NCBI RefSeq assembly: GCF_006345805.1 | Contig: NC_043014.1 | Span: 3,286,001 to 3,350,000, forward strand | From: Octopus sinensis | Taxonomy: Eukaryota | Reading direction: 5' to 3' | DNA length: 64,000 nt | Shown: piece after piece, positions 12,461 through 27,388 of the stretch | Layout of the letters: every line of letters starts with the position of its first letter | Position numbering within the stretch: position 1 is the stretch's first letter | Notes under the pieces: model-generated | What the model was told of the DNA's origin: nothing | Database searches by the model: none | The model's input: the letters and a program-made list of their open reading frames with translations, nothing else | Translations under genes and position numbers: made by a program

Positions 12461-13778
12461 TGTGGTTGAGAGGTTTGCTTCCCAAACATGTGGATCCAGG
12501 TTCAATCCCACTGTGTGGCACTTTGGACGAACATTTTCGTACTATAGCAATAGGCCAACAAAAATCTTGTGAGTGGATTTGGTAGAAGGAAACTGAAAGA
12601 AGCCCGTTGTGTGGCACTTTGGATGAACATTTTCTACTATAGCAATAGGCCAACGAAAATCTTGTGAGTGGATTTGGTAGAAGGAAACTGAAAGAAGCCC
12701 GTTGTGTGGCACTTTGGATGAACATTTTCTACTATAGCAATAGGCCAACAAAAATCTGGTGAGTGGATTTGTAGAAGGAAACTGAAAGAAGCCCGTTGTG
12801 TGGCACTTGGATGAACATTTTCTACTATAGCAATAGGCCAACAAAAATCTGGTGAGTGGATTTGGTAGAAGGAAACTGAAAGAAGCCCGTTGTGTGGCAC
12901 TTTGGATGAATATTTTCTACTATAGCAATAGGCCAACGAAAATCTGGTGAGTGGATTTGGTAGAAGGAAACTGAAAGAAGCCCGTTGTGTGGCACTTTGG
13001 ATGAACATTTTCTACTATAGCAATAGGCCAACGAAAATCTGGTGAGTGGATTTGGTAGAAGGAAACTGAAAGAAGCCCGTGTGTGGCACTTTGGATGAAC
13101 ATTTTCTACTATAGCAATAGGCCACGAAAATCTTGTGAGTGGATTTGGGAGAAGGAAACTGAAAGAAGCCCGTTGTGTGGCACTTTGGATGAACATTTTC
13201 TACTATAGCAATAGGCCAACGAAAATCTTGTGAGTGGATTTGGTAGAAGGAAACTGAAAGAAGCCCGTTGTGTGGCACTTTGGATGAACATTTTCTACTA
13301 TAGCAATAGGCCAACGAAAATCTTGTGAGTGGATTTGGTAGAAGGAAACTGAAAGAAGCCCGTTGTGTGGCACTTTGGATGAACATTTTCTACTATAGCA
13401 ATAGGCCAACAAAAATCTGGTGAGTGGATTTGGTAGAAGGAAACTGAAAGAAGCCCGTTGTGTGGCACTTTGGATGAATATTTTCTACTATAGCAATAGG
13501 CCAACGAAAATCTGGTGAGTGGATTTGGTAGAAGGAAACTGAAAGAAGCCCGTTGTGTGGCACTTTGGATGAACATTTTCTACTATAGCAATAGGCCAAC
13601 GAAAATCTGGTGAGTGGATTTGGTAGAAGGAAACTGAAAGAAGCCCGTTGTGTGGCACTTTGGATGAACATTTTCTACTATAGCAATAGGCCAACGAAAA
13701 TCTTGTGAGTGGATTTGGGAGAAGGAAACTGAAAGAAGCCCGTTGTGTGGCACTTTGGATGAACATTTTCTACTATAG
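12461..13778 (+). repeat. 95-bp tandem array (13 full units plus a partial) derived from the internal region of SINE family A
   Basis: SINE head at 12461-12512, then GTGTGGCACTTTGGATGAACATTTTCTACTATAGCAATAGGCCAAC...GAAAGAAGCCCGTT repeated from 12513 to 13778. Confidence 0.92.
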
Positions 13779-13982
13779 ATGGAATAACCAACACTCTGAT
13801 GGAATAACCATCTTATTGGAGTGAATGTTGGACTGACCACCTGGCCAGTGAGGTGGCATCACCAGGAAGCTAAAACAATGTGAACTGCATTGTGATTAAT
13901 GATGTATAACAATATCCGATAGTCTGGACGATCATGTGATCATGTGATATATGTGTGTGTATGTATGTGTGTATATACATAT

Positions 13983-14024
<42 letters not shown>

Positions 14025-14034
14025 ATATATATAT

Positions 14035-14220
14035 GGGGAGAGTTTACAAAAAAACAAAAGACGAAGGCAGGTGGAGTACAAACAAACAATTGTATTAGTA
14101 TGGCGCTCAAGAACGGAAAGAGAACAAGTCTTTTACATTTCGAGCCTACGCTCTTCGACAGAAAGATACACAGAAAAAAAACAAGGAGAGAAAAAAATGT
14201 GTGTAGGAGCTAACGATCTA
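14035..14220 (-). mobile_element. (TA)n-inserted element with a hammerhead-like motif (CUGU core variant at 14129-14166); second copy at about 22350-22500 (+)
   Basis: Minus: tcttt CTGTCGA a GAGC gtag GCTC GAAA tg TA aaaga; the flanks are homologous to 22350-22500. Confidence 0.65.
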
Positions 14221-14259
14221 TAAATTTATACTTATAAATTTTATATATATATATATATC

Positions 14260-14844
14260 ATCATCATCATCATCATCATCGTTTAGCGTCCGTTTTCCTT
14301 GCTAGCATGGGTTGGACGGTTCTACTGGGGTCTGTGAAGCCAGAAGGCTTCATCAGGCCCAGTCAAATCTGGCAATGTTTCTACGGCTGGATGCCCTTCC
14401 TAACGCCAACCACTCCGTGAGTGTAGTGGGTGCTTTTTACGTGCCACCCGCACAGGTGCCAGACAGAGCTGGCAAACGGCCACGAACGGATGGTGCTATT
14501 TATGTGCCACCGGCACGAGGGCCGGGCGAGGCTGGCAACGGACACGAAATGGGGCGGTGCTGGCAACGGTCGCGAAACGGAAGGTTCTCTTACATGCCAC
14601 CGGCACTGGTAACACATCTGCAATTTCCATTGATCGATTTCCATTGATCGATTTCGATTCTGATCCTCACTTGCCTCAACGGGTCTTCACAAGTAGAGTT
14701 TCGACATGCCACCGGCACTGGTAACACATCTGCAATTTCCATTGATCGATTTCGATTCTGATCCTCACTTGCCTCAACAGGTCTTCACAAGTAGAGTTTT
14801 GTGTCCCAAGAAGGGAAGGTATGCATACGTAGGCTGGCTCCATC

Positions 14845-14850
<6 letters not shown>
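14260..14850 (-). mobile_element. Family-D retroposon (GGAAGGGCATCCAGC..AAACGGACG.TAAACGATGATG tail) with an internal ~100-bp duplication
   Basis: Reverse complement of the element at 36940-37140; 14592-14701 is repeated at 14705-14800. Other fragments at about 6180, 9992, 18460, 29820 and 31045. Confidence 0.8.
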
Positions 14851-14900
<50 letters not shown>

Positions 14901-15047
14901 CGTTTATCAATTTGTTTTGCAAGATTCCAGATATATAGTCAATTCAAGGATGTCATATCCTCATTAGTGATTAATGAATCCAAAATTTCAACGGTTTTAT
15001 CTCCATCTCATTAGAAGAAAATCACCATGGTGTGTTACTGAGACCAC

Positions 15048-15376
15048 CTTCGGTCATGACTGACCATGGGATTGCACCTAGAAAGTTACCCTCTGAGGCA
15101 CAAGTCCGGGCAAGGTTGTTTATGGAAGACCAGCAGTTGCCCATGCACACTGGCCTCCCCTCTCCATGCCACTGATGTTATCCAAGGGAAAGGCAAAGGG
15201 GTCGATACAGCTTGGCACCAGTGATGCCACAACTCATTTCTACAGCTGAGTGAACTGGAGCAACGTGAAATAAAGTGCCTTGCTCAAGAACACAATGCAC
15301 AGCCTAGTCTGGGATTCGAACTCACAACCTCACAATCATAAGCTGGACATTCTAACTACTAAGCCATGCACCTTCA
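15048..15376 (-). mobile_element. tRNA-derived CORE-like SINE, family E
   Basis: Reverse-complement homolog of 16624-16960. Confidence 0.75.
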
Positions 15377-15448
15377 CTATGGTGTGTTATGGATTATTAT
15401 AATAGGAAAAATTAATATGGTAAGGAAATGGAGAGTTGAGAATGTACA

Positions 15449-15865
15449 GGCGCAGGAGTGGCTGTGTGGTAAGTAGCTTGCTAACCAACCACATGGTTCC
15501 GGGTTCAGTCCCACTGCGTGGCATCTTGGGCAAGTGTCTTCTGCTATAGCCCCGGGCCGACCAATGCCTTGTGAGTGGATTTGGTAGACGGAAACTGAAA
15601 GAAGCCTGTCGTATATATATATATATACATATATGTGTGTGTGTATGTGTGTCTGTGTTTGTTCCCCTAGCATTGCTTGACAACCGATGCCGGTGTGTTT
15701 ACGTCTCCGTCACTTAGCAGTTCGGCAAAAGAGAGACCGATAGAAAAAGTACTGGGCTTACAAAGAATAAGTCCTGGGGTCGATTTGCTCGACTAAAGGC
15801 GGTGCTCCAGCATGGCCGCAGTCAAATGACCTGAAACAAGTAAAAGAGTAAAAAGAGTAAAGAGT
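15449..15865 (+). mobile_element. tRNA-derived SINE, family A (full length, internal (TA)n(TG)n)
   Basis: GGCGCAGGAGTGGCTGTGTGGTAAG..GGTTCAGTCCC head and (AGTAAAAG)n tail; near-identical copies at 56682, 59231 and 63529. Confidence 0.9.
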
Positions 15866-16441
15866 TAATTTATTTGTATCATAGTTTGTTGTTAAGATTT
15901 AAATAGAAATAAATTTTCAAAAAAGCATAAAAGAAAACTCAAAAAACCTACATATGTTTCAATTCTGACCCCTTAGAAATGCATAATTCAAAGCATTTGG
16001 GTTAAATCCCACAAGACATTTTCTTGTTTCTTTTTTTTTTCTTTTTCTTTTTCTCTTTTTTTTTTATAAAAAGCAGAAAATCTTGTAAAAAAGTGCACTG
16101 GCTGAATACAGCAATAAGGTGAAATTTGAAGTCCCAATCAACTCTAATCTGATAAATAAACTTAATTTTACTAATTATGTAGAGACCCTGCTATCAGTGA
16201 ATGCTTGTCGTTATCTATAATTTTTATTGATTTACAACACTAAAAATTACATTTACATAAAAATATTTAAATAGATAAGAAGTTGGAAATATGTTTGTTT
16301 CCATGGAAATGTATTCAATATTGACTTAATGTATTTTGTTGGTTTAATTCCATCCATCTGTCGACCTCACTTCCTCTCTCATTCTCTCTCTCTCTCTTTG
16401 TATATGTGTGTGTGTGTGTGTGTATGTATAGATAGATAGAC

Positions 16442-16472
<31 letters not shown>

Positions 16473-16623
16473 CAAACAGACAGACAGGCATATAGATATA
16501 TCTATTGATATACATGTACATTCATACACACATTCACACACACACACACACACAAACACATTTATATGTATATAAGGTCGTCCCATAAATAATGCGGTTT
16601 TTTATACTTATTTTATTTTTCAA

Positions 16624-16960
16624 GGCGCGTGGCTCAGTGGTTAGAGCATTGAGCGTATGATCGTGAGGTTGTTAGTTCGATTCCCGGACCGGGCTGCATG
16701 TTGTGTTCTTGAGCAAGGCACTTTATTTCATGTTGCTCCAGTTCACTCAGCTGTAGAAATGAGTTGCGACGTCTCTGGTGCCAAGCTGTATCGGCCCCTT
16801 TGCCTTTCCCTTGGATAACATCAGTGGTGTCGAGAGGCGGGGGCTGGTATGCACAGGTGACTGCTGGTCTTCCATAAACAAATTTGCCTGGACTTGTGCC
16901 TGGGAGGGTACCTTTCTAGGTGCAATCCCATGGTCATTTATGACCAAAGGGGGTCTCCTC
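16624..16960 (+). mobile_element. tRNA-derived CORE-like SINE, family E, with 11-bp TSD
   Basis: A box TGGCTCAGTGG, B box GTTCGATTCC, TTGAGCAAGGCACTTTATTTC core; TTATTTTTCAA on both sides. Confidence 0.85.
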
Positions 16961-17669
16961 CTTATTTTTCAAAATTAAGATAAACAAAGTTCTTTTTTTA
17001 ATCTTGTTTATACTCTGCTTTTTGAATTCTAACTGAAAATAATGGACTCAAGCCTCATCTTCTGTGACTATTCTTTCTTAAAGAATGGTCAGATAAAAGA
17101 ATGGTCAAGTAAGTATTGATAGTTCTCCACATGACTGCACTTATGCGCTTCGGTAAGCTCCTTTGGCACCCATCTCACAGATTTTATGGTATCACAGCTT
17201 CTGGTTTCGTACACAGAACTATGACTAATTTGTAGTGAACAAGCTACCTTATCAATGATCACCAGTTCACCAGAACGGTCTCTCGAGCTTGTCGAATCTT
17301 CATGCTACTAATGGAAGTTGATGGGCATCCTGCTCCCTCTTTGTGCTTCACATTTCTCCAGCCATTTTTAAACTCCTTGATCCATTTGAATGCATTTCAA
17401 CATGGCAGAGTGCTATCTTGGTATTGTACTAAAAACCTACGATAAATTTCAGCCCTTAATACACCTTCAGACAAGAGGAATCGGATCATTGATTTGTGTT
17501 CTTCTATGGTGCACAATGCCAGCTGAGCAGCCATGTTTTCTCTGTAACACAAGAAAGAAAACTGGAATGGTCATGACCAAATCTCGGCCATGGAAATACA
17601 AGAGTACCAATCTTTAGCATGCGAGTGTTGAAGGCAGTGCAGCCAACCTAAAGAAGGTTTTGGTGAAAG

Positions 17670-18065
17670 AGTGGCTGTGTGGTAAGAAGTTCGCTTACCA
17701 ACCACATGGTTCTGGGTTCAGTTCCACTCCATGGCACCTTGGGCAAGTGTCTTCTACTATAGCCTCGGACTAACCAAAGTATTGTGAGTGGATTTGGTAG
17801 AGAGAAACTGAAAGAAACCTGTCGTATATATATATATATATATATATGTATATGTTTGTGTATCTGTGTTTGTCCCCCACCATCTTTTGACAACCGAAGT
17901 TGGCGTGTTTATGTTCCTGTAACTTCGCAGTTCAGCAAAAAAGGTCGATAGGATAAGTGCTAGGCTTACAAAGAGTAAGTCCTGGAGTCAATTTCTTCAA
18001 CTAAAAGGTGGTACTCCAGCATGGCCGCAGTCAGATGGCTGAAACAGATAAAGGAATAAAAGAAT
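17670..18065 (+). mobile_element. SINE family A (diverged)
   Basis: Colinear with 15449-15865. Confidence 0.85.
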
Positions 18066-18468
18066 ATATCATTAGACTGCATGGCCGCAATCCAGCGGCA
18101 AAAACATGTAAAAGATAGGTAATCAGGTATAGCACCATTTTATTCTTTTTAGAAACCATCAGAATGACATAATCTAAGGTAGATAAATTAAATATTTTAT
18201 GAAGCAAGTCATTTGTTAGGGACAGAAAATAATTACAGTTTTAAAGAAATTCTTTGGAACTCAACTAAGGAAAGAAAACTCGGAATAACCCGTCTTTGTT
18301 TTCTTTGTATCATCTGTCTAGATGTTTTGTTGTCCTTTTTTGTATCACCTAGTTGTCCGGAGGTTTTGTGTTCTTGTCCCATTTTTGTATTTCGTATCAT
18401 TATCATCACCATCATCATCCTCATCATCATCATCATCATCATTATCATCATCATCATCACCATCATCA

Positions 18469-18507
<39 letters not shown>

Positions 18508-18636
18508 TGTTTAATGTCTGCTTTCCATGCTGGCATGGGTTGGATGATTTGACTGTGGACTGGCGAACCAGATGGCTGCACCAGGCTTCAATCTGATCTG
18601 GCAGAGTTCTACAGCAGGATGCCCTTCCTAATGCCA

Positions 18637-18686
<50 letters not shown>

Positions 18687-18734
18687 TTATATATATATAT
18701 ATACATACACACATACATAATACATATATAGTTC

Positions 18735-18990
18735 ACAACATCTTTGAGGGAACAGCCTTGGAGTGAAAAAAAATGAAGATTATTGTGTCAAAATGGTATT
18801 AGAAACTTTGTTGCAACCGGCATTAACAGGCTTCGGGGTGCAAGGCAAAGGAGAAAGGTGGCTGCAAATATACCACATACACTGATCTGTAATCTTCATA
18901 CTTGCAGGATCTCTGGTCTTCTTTGCAAATCACTGGTGGGACTTAATTGTCGCATTCGACATAAGCATTGTGACTGACAAAGAAAGCATA
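18735..18990 (+). mobile_element. RTE-clade LINE C-terminal remnant
   Basis: RQRRK..TCR.SG.LCKSLVGL..RIRHKH resembles the terminal zinc-finger-like tail of RTE ORF2. Confidence 0.5.
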
Positions 18991-19279
18991 GGTTGTCAGA
19001 TCCTCATACGTTGAAACTGACGGGAGAGTCCATCATAAATGTGTGTTTGTGTGTGTGTATGTAAATACAAAGTACTCCTTTCAGATTCCATCTACTAAAT
19101 CTACCACCAAGGCTTTGGTCAGCCAAGGCAATAGTAAAAGACACTTACCCAAGATGCCATGCACTGGATTGAACCTGGAACCATGTGATTACAAATCAAG
19201 ATTCTTACCACACAACCACTCCCTTTGCATGAAATGTTAGTTGGATTTGATAGAAAGGTGTGTGTGTATGTATGCCTGC

Positions 19280-20950
<1,671 letters not shown>

Positions 20951-21013
20951 ATTCATATATATTGAATTATAATCATTAGATACTGTTCAACATGAATGTA
21001 TTATTAGAAGGCC

Positions 21014-21598
21014 AAATACTGCAGTTTTTGCCTTGAGAGATTGTCTCATACAGTCGCACAGTGCTGAGAGCTCAGACATATATCATTAGCAGATGAGAAC
21101 CATCTGGCATAGGCCTAGGAACTGTCAGATCACATAATTTCAGTGTACTGTGCTTCATCAGCCACAGGTGTTTGATCACTGCATTCCAGACTAATCTTAC
21201 TATAAACACTATATAGAATAACAATGACTTTTCAGGCAATGATGTCCCAAATAGCTAGCAGGCTTATTTAGATATAAATATTAGCAATGGAAATATTAGT
21301 AATATCAAAAAGCAATCTTTATATCATACTCAATGTGGATGTATTATTGGAATGCCATATACTGTGGTAATAGCCTTAGCATTTTTGTGACACCAGTGAC
21401 TGGAAAAGTCAGTTATTCTATTTACCATTGACAGTAAGATTTAGCAGGTATTGGGCAAACGGACACCTATCACTGAGGAAATGCAGAAGGCTGAAATCAT
21501 GAGATCTGGTTGTGTCCTGTTTCCTCCTGCTAATGATATATCTCTGTACTCTTAACAATAAGAGAGAGAATCTCTCAGGGTGAATACCACAGCATTTA
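21014..21598. mobile_element. Old Penelope-type element with ~140-160-bp inverted arms, each carrying a hammerhead motif
   Basis: 21014-21175 is the diverged reverse complement of 21462-21598. Minus 21122-21167: CTGATGA..GAAA ttatgtga TC. Plus 21469-21510: CTGAGGA..GAAA tcatgaga TC. Confidence 0.65.
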
Positions 21599-21707
21599 AG
21601 TATTTAATTCTAATTATATATCACCATCCAGCATGAAATGACCAGAAGAAAGAGGTTGAGTGAAAGGGAGATAATAATAGTGACCTTGCTGAACTAGAGG
21701 GCGCATA

Positions 21708-22103
21708 TCTTTATATATAAAAGTGAAGTTGTGTGTCTGTCTCCTACGATTTAGATTCCTAACTACTCCCACATTTTGCGGTGCAGTGTAACCAAAACCG
21801 GGTATCTTATAGTCGTGATTCATATCGAGCCCTTCTGGGTATTAGTGCGCATCTACGATGAGTCTACGATTTTAAAAATAATTTATCATCATTTTTTTCC
21901 ATTTTGATGCATTTTTCGCTATTATATAAGGGAAGTAACTCTCTAAAAATGTCTACGATGAGTCAACAATTTAAAAAAAAATTACCATAATTTTTTATTC
22001 CATTTTTAATGCATTTTTTGCTATTTTTTGGCTATAACTCTCTAAAAATGCTTATATAGTTATTTTCCTTACAAACCCGAGCAACGCCGGGCGATACTGC
22101 TAG
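21708..22103 (+). mobile_element. Non-autonomous Helitron
   Basis: A|TC start, CTAG|T end, subterminal hairpin CCCGAGCAACGCCGGG; other copies at 44594 (+) and 60889-61195 (-). Confidence 0.88.
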
Positions 22104-22134
<31 letters not shown>

Positions 22135-22180
22135 AATTTCCCCTTCCATATTTTTAAGAGGTCATGGACCTACAGGTTTT

Positions 22181-22242
22181 GGAGATCTGATGATACACTA
22201 TAAAGCTAAACTATTTATGGATGGGAAACCTTAGGTAATCCC
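22181..22242 (+). ncRNA. Minimal hammerhead ribozyme motif
   Basis: ggagat CTGATGA tacactataaa..tttatggatgg GAAA ccttagg TA atccc; base of stem II is imperfect; GUA site. Confidence 0.6.
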
Positions 22243-23282
22243 ATAAACCGGCCTTCCCCATTTTTAATATATTACTGCTATACATCTTAGAGTGTGCTTC
22301 TTCTTTCGGGTTTATGTTTTCTACAAACAATCCTATATATATATATATTTATTTATTTTCTCTCCTTGTTCCTTCCTGTGGAAGAGCTTAGGCTCGAAAC
22401 GTTAAAGACTTTTTCACTTCCCAAGCGTTAAACTTATACATCTGTTTGTTGTCTATACCATCTGTCTTTCTCTTTTGTTTTTTTTGTGAAATCTCCCCCT
22501 ATATATACACATATATATATACATATAATATATGTGTGTGTGTGTATAACTATATATATATGCACATATATATGTATATAGGTATATGTATACATATATA
22601 TGCATATATATACATATACACACGCACATATATATATACATATATATATACATATATATGTATATATACAAATATATATATAAATATATACGCACACACA
22701 TACACATACATGCATATATACATAAACACATATACATATACAGTACATACGTACACACGCACACACATACATATTTATATGTGTGTGAATGAAGAGAGGG
22801 ATAGATTTGTGTATACGTGTACCCATGTATGTGTACCCATGTGTGTTGAACACGTATATACTTGGTTAAATACTACATACTTTCTTGGTAAATAACAGCG
22901 TATAGATTTTTTTGCCTATCGTCTGCATAGACAATGAATGACCAGTGTGTATATATTCACTGGATAGATCCGCATAATGTGTAAATAGAAGAGGAACAGA
23001 GATACACAGTGTGTATGTCTAAAATTCTTTCTGATTTTCTGAGAAAGGAAAAATGGTAATTGTTATAAGTTGATGTATTCTGGTTCTGATATATTCCACT
23101 GCAGAATTGTCCTGCAGGACAATGGGATGGCTAATGTAAGCATTGGTTTTACCAAAAGTCAAAGGTTAAGTGTGTAATAGTTAAACTAGTGGACGTGAGT
23201 TCAATTCCTCGGTCACTCAAGACACATTATACATATATATATATACATACATACATATATACATATATATATATATGTATAG

Positions 23283-23420
<138 letters not shown>

Positions 23421-23594
23421 ATATATTCTGGCTGGAGCACAGGGAAATAGTGGCATCGTATATAGCAGAGTATCTAAAACAACTATTGCTCAATGTCTGG
23501 ACAAAGAAACACACACATACATATAAACAAGCATATAACCACATATTTATATACACATTATATATCTATAGCTATATCTATCTATCTATCTATC

Positions 23595-23642
<48 letters not shown>

Positions 23643-23656
23643 TGTATTTAGATATG

Positions 23657-23707
<51 letters not shown>

Positions 23708-23801
23708 ACACATATAGATATTAATATATATATTTTCATACATAGTGTGTAGATAAATAGACAGAAAGATAAATAGATAGATTGATACATATATATATAT
23801 C

Positions 23802-23876
<75 letters not shown>

Positions 23877-24539
23877 ACACATAATAGCAAGTATATATTT
23901 GGCAGCATTTCAGTCCACAAGTCCAACTTCATTTCTGCAAATATACACAAAGAAGCCGTACATCCAGCTGCCATCTTTATTTACAATGGTTTGGTCAGTA
24001 AAGAAAAAAAGGGGGGGGGGGTGAAACATAGCGGAAAAAGGATTGGTATGTTTATTCATGAAGGGGAAAAAACTGGAAAATAAATGAAGAAAATAAAAGA
24101 CATTATTGCGTAGAATGGTGGGGAGGATGATAATGATGTTAAAAAAAATAAAGAATGTGAGTTTGTTGTTATAGGGATTGGCTGTGAGGTTAAGAAGCCT
24201 GGTTCTGAACCCCAGGGTTCCGGGTTCAGTGATGCAATGTGGCACCTTATGTTGGCGCCGCCTACTACATACTAGAGTTCTGGGCTCACGAAAGCCTTGC
24301 GAGTGAATCTGGGGAGAGACAGATTCCAAAGAAGCTTATTGTGGCTGTGTGGTAAGGAGCTTGTTTCCTGATCACATGGTTCTGGGTTCAGTCCCACTGC
24401 ATGGCACCTTGGGCAAGAGTCTTCTACTATAGCCTCGGGTTGAGCAAAGCCTTGTGAGTGGATTTGGTAGATGGAAACTGAAAGAAGCCCACCATATATA
24501 TATATATATATATAATATATATATATATATATAATAATA

Positions 24540-24858
24540 AATATTAGGGAATAAATCCAAATTTACAGGGAAAATCAGATTTAGGATTGAATCCAATTTT
24601 ATAGTAAAATATTATATAATATTAATTAGAGACAAAACCACTATTTTGCAAATCAAAGAAAGACTTAATCCAATACATACTTCATAACTTAAAATTGAAT
24701 AGAAGATCTGAAATCCACCTGATGAATGTCCTTAGAAGAGACACGAAACAATTGTAGTGGCGAATTTAATTTTATTTAATTTATATTAAATTTTTTATGT
24801 ATTGGATTAAGTCTTTCTTTGTTTGATTTGCAAAATAGTGGTTTTGTTTCTAATTAAT

Positions 24859-24865
<7 letters not shown>
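24540..24865 (+). mobile_element. Penelope-like non-autonomous element with ~60-bp inverted repeats, inserted in the (TA)n of a SINE A copy (head 24340-24495, tail 24930-25140)
   Basis: 24619-24679 is inverted at 24796-24860, with a hammerhead between the arms. Confidence 0.75.
24715..24760 (+). ncRNA. Minimal type-I hammerhead ribozyme motif
   Basis: ccac CTGATGA a tgtc cttagaaga gaca c GAAA c aatt g TA gtgg; predicted cleavage after 24756 (GUA). Confidence 0.8.
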
Positions 24866-24913
<48 letters not shown>

Positions 24914-25165
24914 ATACATCTATTTATGTGTGTGTCCCCACTCCACCGCTTGGCAACCGATGTGCTGTGTTTATGTCCCTATGACATAGTGGTTTGGTAA
25001 AAGAGACTGATAAAATAAGTACTAGGCATAAAACAAAAAGTACTGGGATCGATAAATTCAACTATAGATTCTTCAAGGCGGTGCCCCAGCATGGCCACAG
25101 CCTAATGAGTGAAAGAAGTAAAAGATAAAAGATAAAAGATATATATATATACATATAAATGGGGT

Positions 25166-26000
25166 GGGTACCCAAAAGTAACCAGAAACGTTCTCTGCAG
25201 GACAAGCCCGTTGTAACTCAGGCTTCCACCATTAGAAGTCACTTGATGCACCCCTCAGGCCTCAGGTGGTGGTGGTGGTGGTGGTGTTGAAAGTGGTGGG
25301 TGATTGATTTTTCAGTGATTTTTGCAATGGCTGAAATGAAGAACAGTGTGCTTCCATGAAACTCTGTTTTCTGCCGGGGAAAATGGTGGCCGAAACAGTT
25401 GTAATGCTTCTAACAGCTTAAAAGGATGCTGCCATGATCAAAACACAAGTTTACGAGGAATGGTCACTTGTTGCATGAAGACCAACCTCGTTCAGGGTAA
25501 CCATCAACCTCTCAAAGGAATGAAAACAGGAAAATTCATGAAGTGGTCTTGGAGGACCGTTACCAAACAATTGACAAACTTGTTGATATGACTGGTGTGT
25601 CTTGGTGCTCCTGCCAACAAATTTTGAGTGAGGAACTGCGGATGTAAAAGAGTTTCAGCAAAATTGTGCCTTGCTTGGTCATGGAAGATCAAAAGCAGTC
25701 ATGGGTGAATGCATGTCAAGGACTGAAAGAATAGCTGAACGTTGATCCGGACCCTTTTCCGAAGGTCATCACTGGTGATGAAAGCTGGTGCTACGGAATT
25801 TGCAGATGTGGAAGAGGTGAAGGAAAAACGATGGAGGCATGGAAAGGTATCACTTCGCAAGAGCCCCAGCACTGCTTCAAACAGTCTGGATTGATGCATT
25901 GTTTCAAATGGAGAATACTTTGAAGGTGATAAAAGTGTAAACATGCAAAACTAAGGGAATAAAATAATATTGCAAAATTCTGGTTTCTTTGGGGTACCCC
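25166..26000 (+). mobile_element. Degenerate mariner element
   Basis: TIRs GGGTACCCAAAAGTAACCAGAA / TTCTGGTTTCTTTGGGGTACCC; internal KVITGDESWCYG motif. Confidence 0.8.
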
Positions 26001-26114
26001 TACGCGGATTCGTTATTTTTTATTTTTGCCTACGTAAAAAAGTGTGTTACTGTCTGGTAGATCTTTATGGTAACAGAAAAGGCATTTTAACTCCTATTTC
26101 TAAATTCAGTGCAT

Positions 26115-26625
26115 GGCGAAGCAATTAGCTGAACCCTGATTATAATTACGTTTTTAGCAGTATTTTGTCTGTCTTTATGTTATGAGTTCAAATTCTGCCC
26201 AGGTCGACTTCACCTTTCATCTTTTCGGGGTCGATGAATTAAGTACCAGTTACGCACTGGGGCTGATGTAATTGACTTAATCTATCTGTCATGGCGGCGA
26301 GCTGGCAGAACCGTTAGCACGCCGGGCGAAATGCGTAGCTGTTTTTCGTCTGCCATTACGTTCTGAGTTCGAATTCCGCCGAGGTCGACTTTACCTTTCA
26401 TCCTTTCAGGGTCGATAAATTAAGTACCAGTTACGCACTGGGGTCGATGTAATTGACTTAATCCGTTTGTCTGTCCTTGTTTGTCCCCTCTATGTTTAGC
26501 CCCTTGTGGGTAGTAAAGACACATAAATTAAGTACCAGTTGCATACTGGAGTTGATCTAATTGACTGACCACCTTCCCAAAAATTTTGGGTCTTGTACCC
26601 AGAGTAGAAAAGATTACAATTATGT
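26115..26625 (+). mobile_element. Two adjacent family-B SINE-like copies
   Basis: GGCGGCGAGCTGGCAGAACCGTTAGCACGCCGGGCGAAATGC at 26293; an older copy starts at about 26115. Confidence 0.8.
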
Positions 26626-26879
26626 TTATAATTATAGAATATTTATATATATGTTTGTGTGTGTGTGTGTGTGTGTGCAATCCAGTAATCCAATGGATGT
26701 ATGATTCATCAAGTGCACTGTACTGTATGTCATACAGTGAGACATCAGTGACCCAATTGACAAGAAAACCCGTCAGACACACAGCTGCTGTGTTACAAAC
26801 TCTGGGTTAATCTAGCCATTTGTCAAACCCCTTCTCTGGCTGGAGGTTCAATTAATCATTTGGGGCTCACAGCAATATT

Positions 26880-27356
26880 GGAGAATATTGTGGCAGTGGT
26901 GGTGGTGGTGGTGATAGTGGGAGAGGGAGGCTGTGATTAATGGTGGTGATGGTGATGGTGATGGTGGTGGTGGTGGTGGTGGTGATGGTGATGGTGGTGG
27001 TGGTGGTGATGGTGATGGTGATGGTGGTGGTGGTGGTGGTGGTGGTGGTGTGCTTGTTACAAATGATGATCATGGTGATTGAGGTTGGGATCTCAGAATG
27101 ATTGATGGTGGGACTGACTGATGCTGGTTGTTGTAACAGGATTTTGGTGATTATGGGGGTTGTGGGGCTGATGGTGGTTTGAGGTGATTGGTAGTGTTGG
27201 TGGTGGTGGTGGTGGTGATGTTGTTGTTGTTGGTGATGGTGGTGGTGGTGGTGTTGATAGTGGGGTTGTTAAAAGTGGTGGGTGGTGGTGGTGGTGGTGG
27301 TGGTGGCGATGGTGTTGTTGTTGTTGGTGTTGGTAGTGGTGATGGTGTTGTTGTTG

Positions 27357-27388
<32 letters not shown>

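Noticed and set aside
12513-13778. CRISPR-like array
   Set aside because: Contiguous near-identical units with no unique spacers; SINE-derived; eukaryotic context; no cas genes.
14330-14360. Minus-strand CTGATGA plus hairpin
   Set aside because: No GAAA or NUH after the stem; part of family D.
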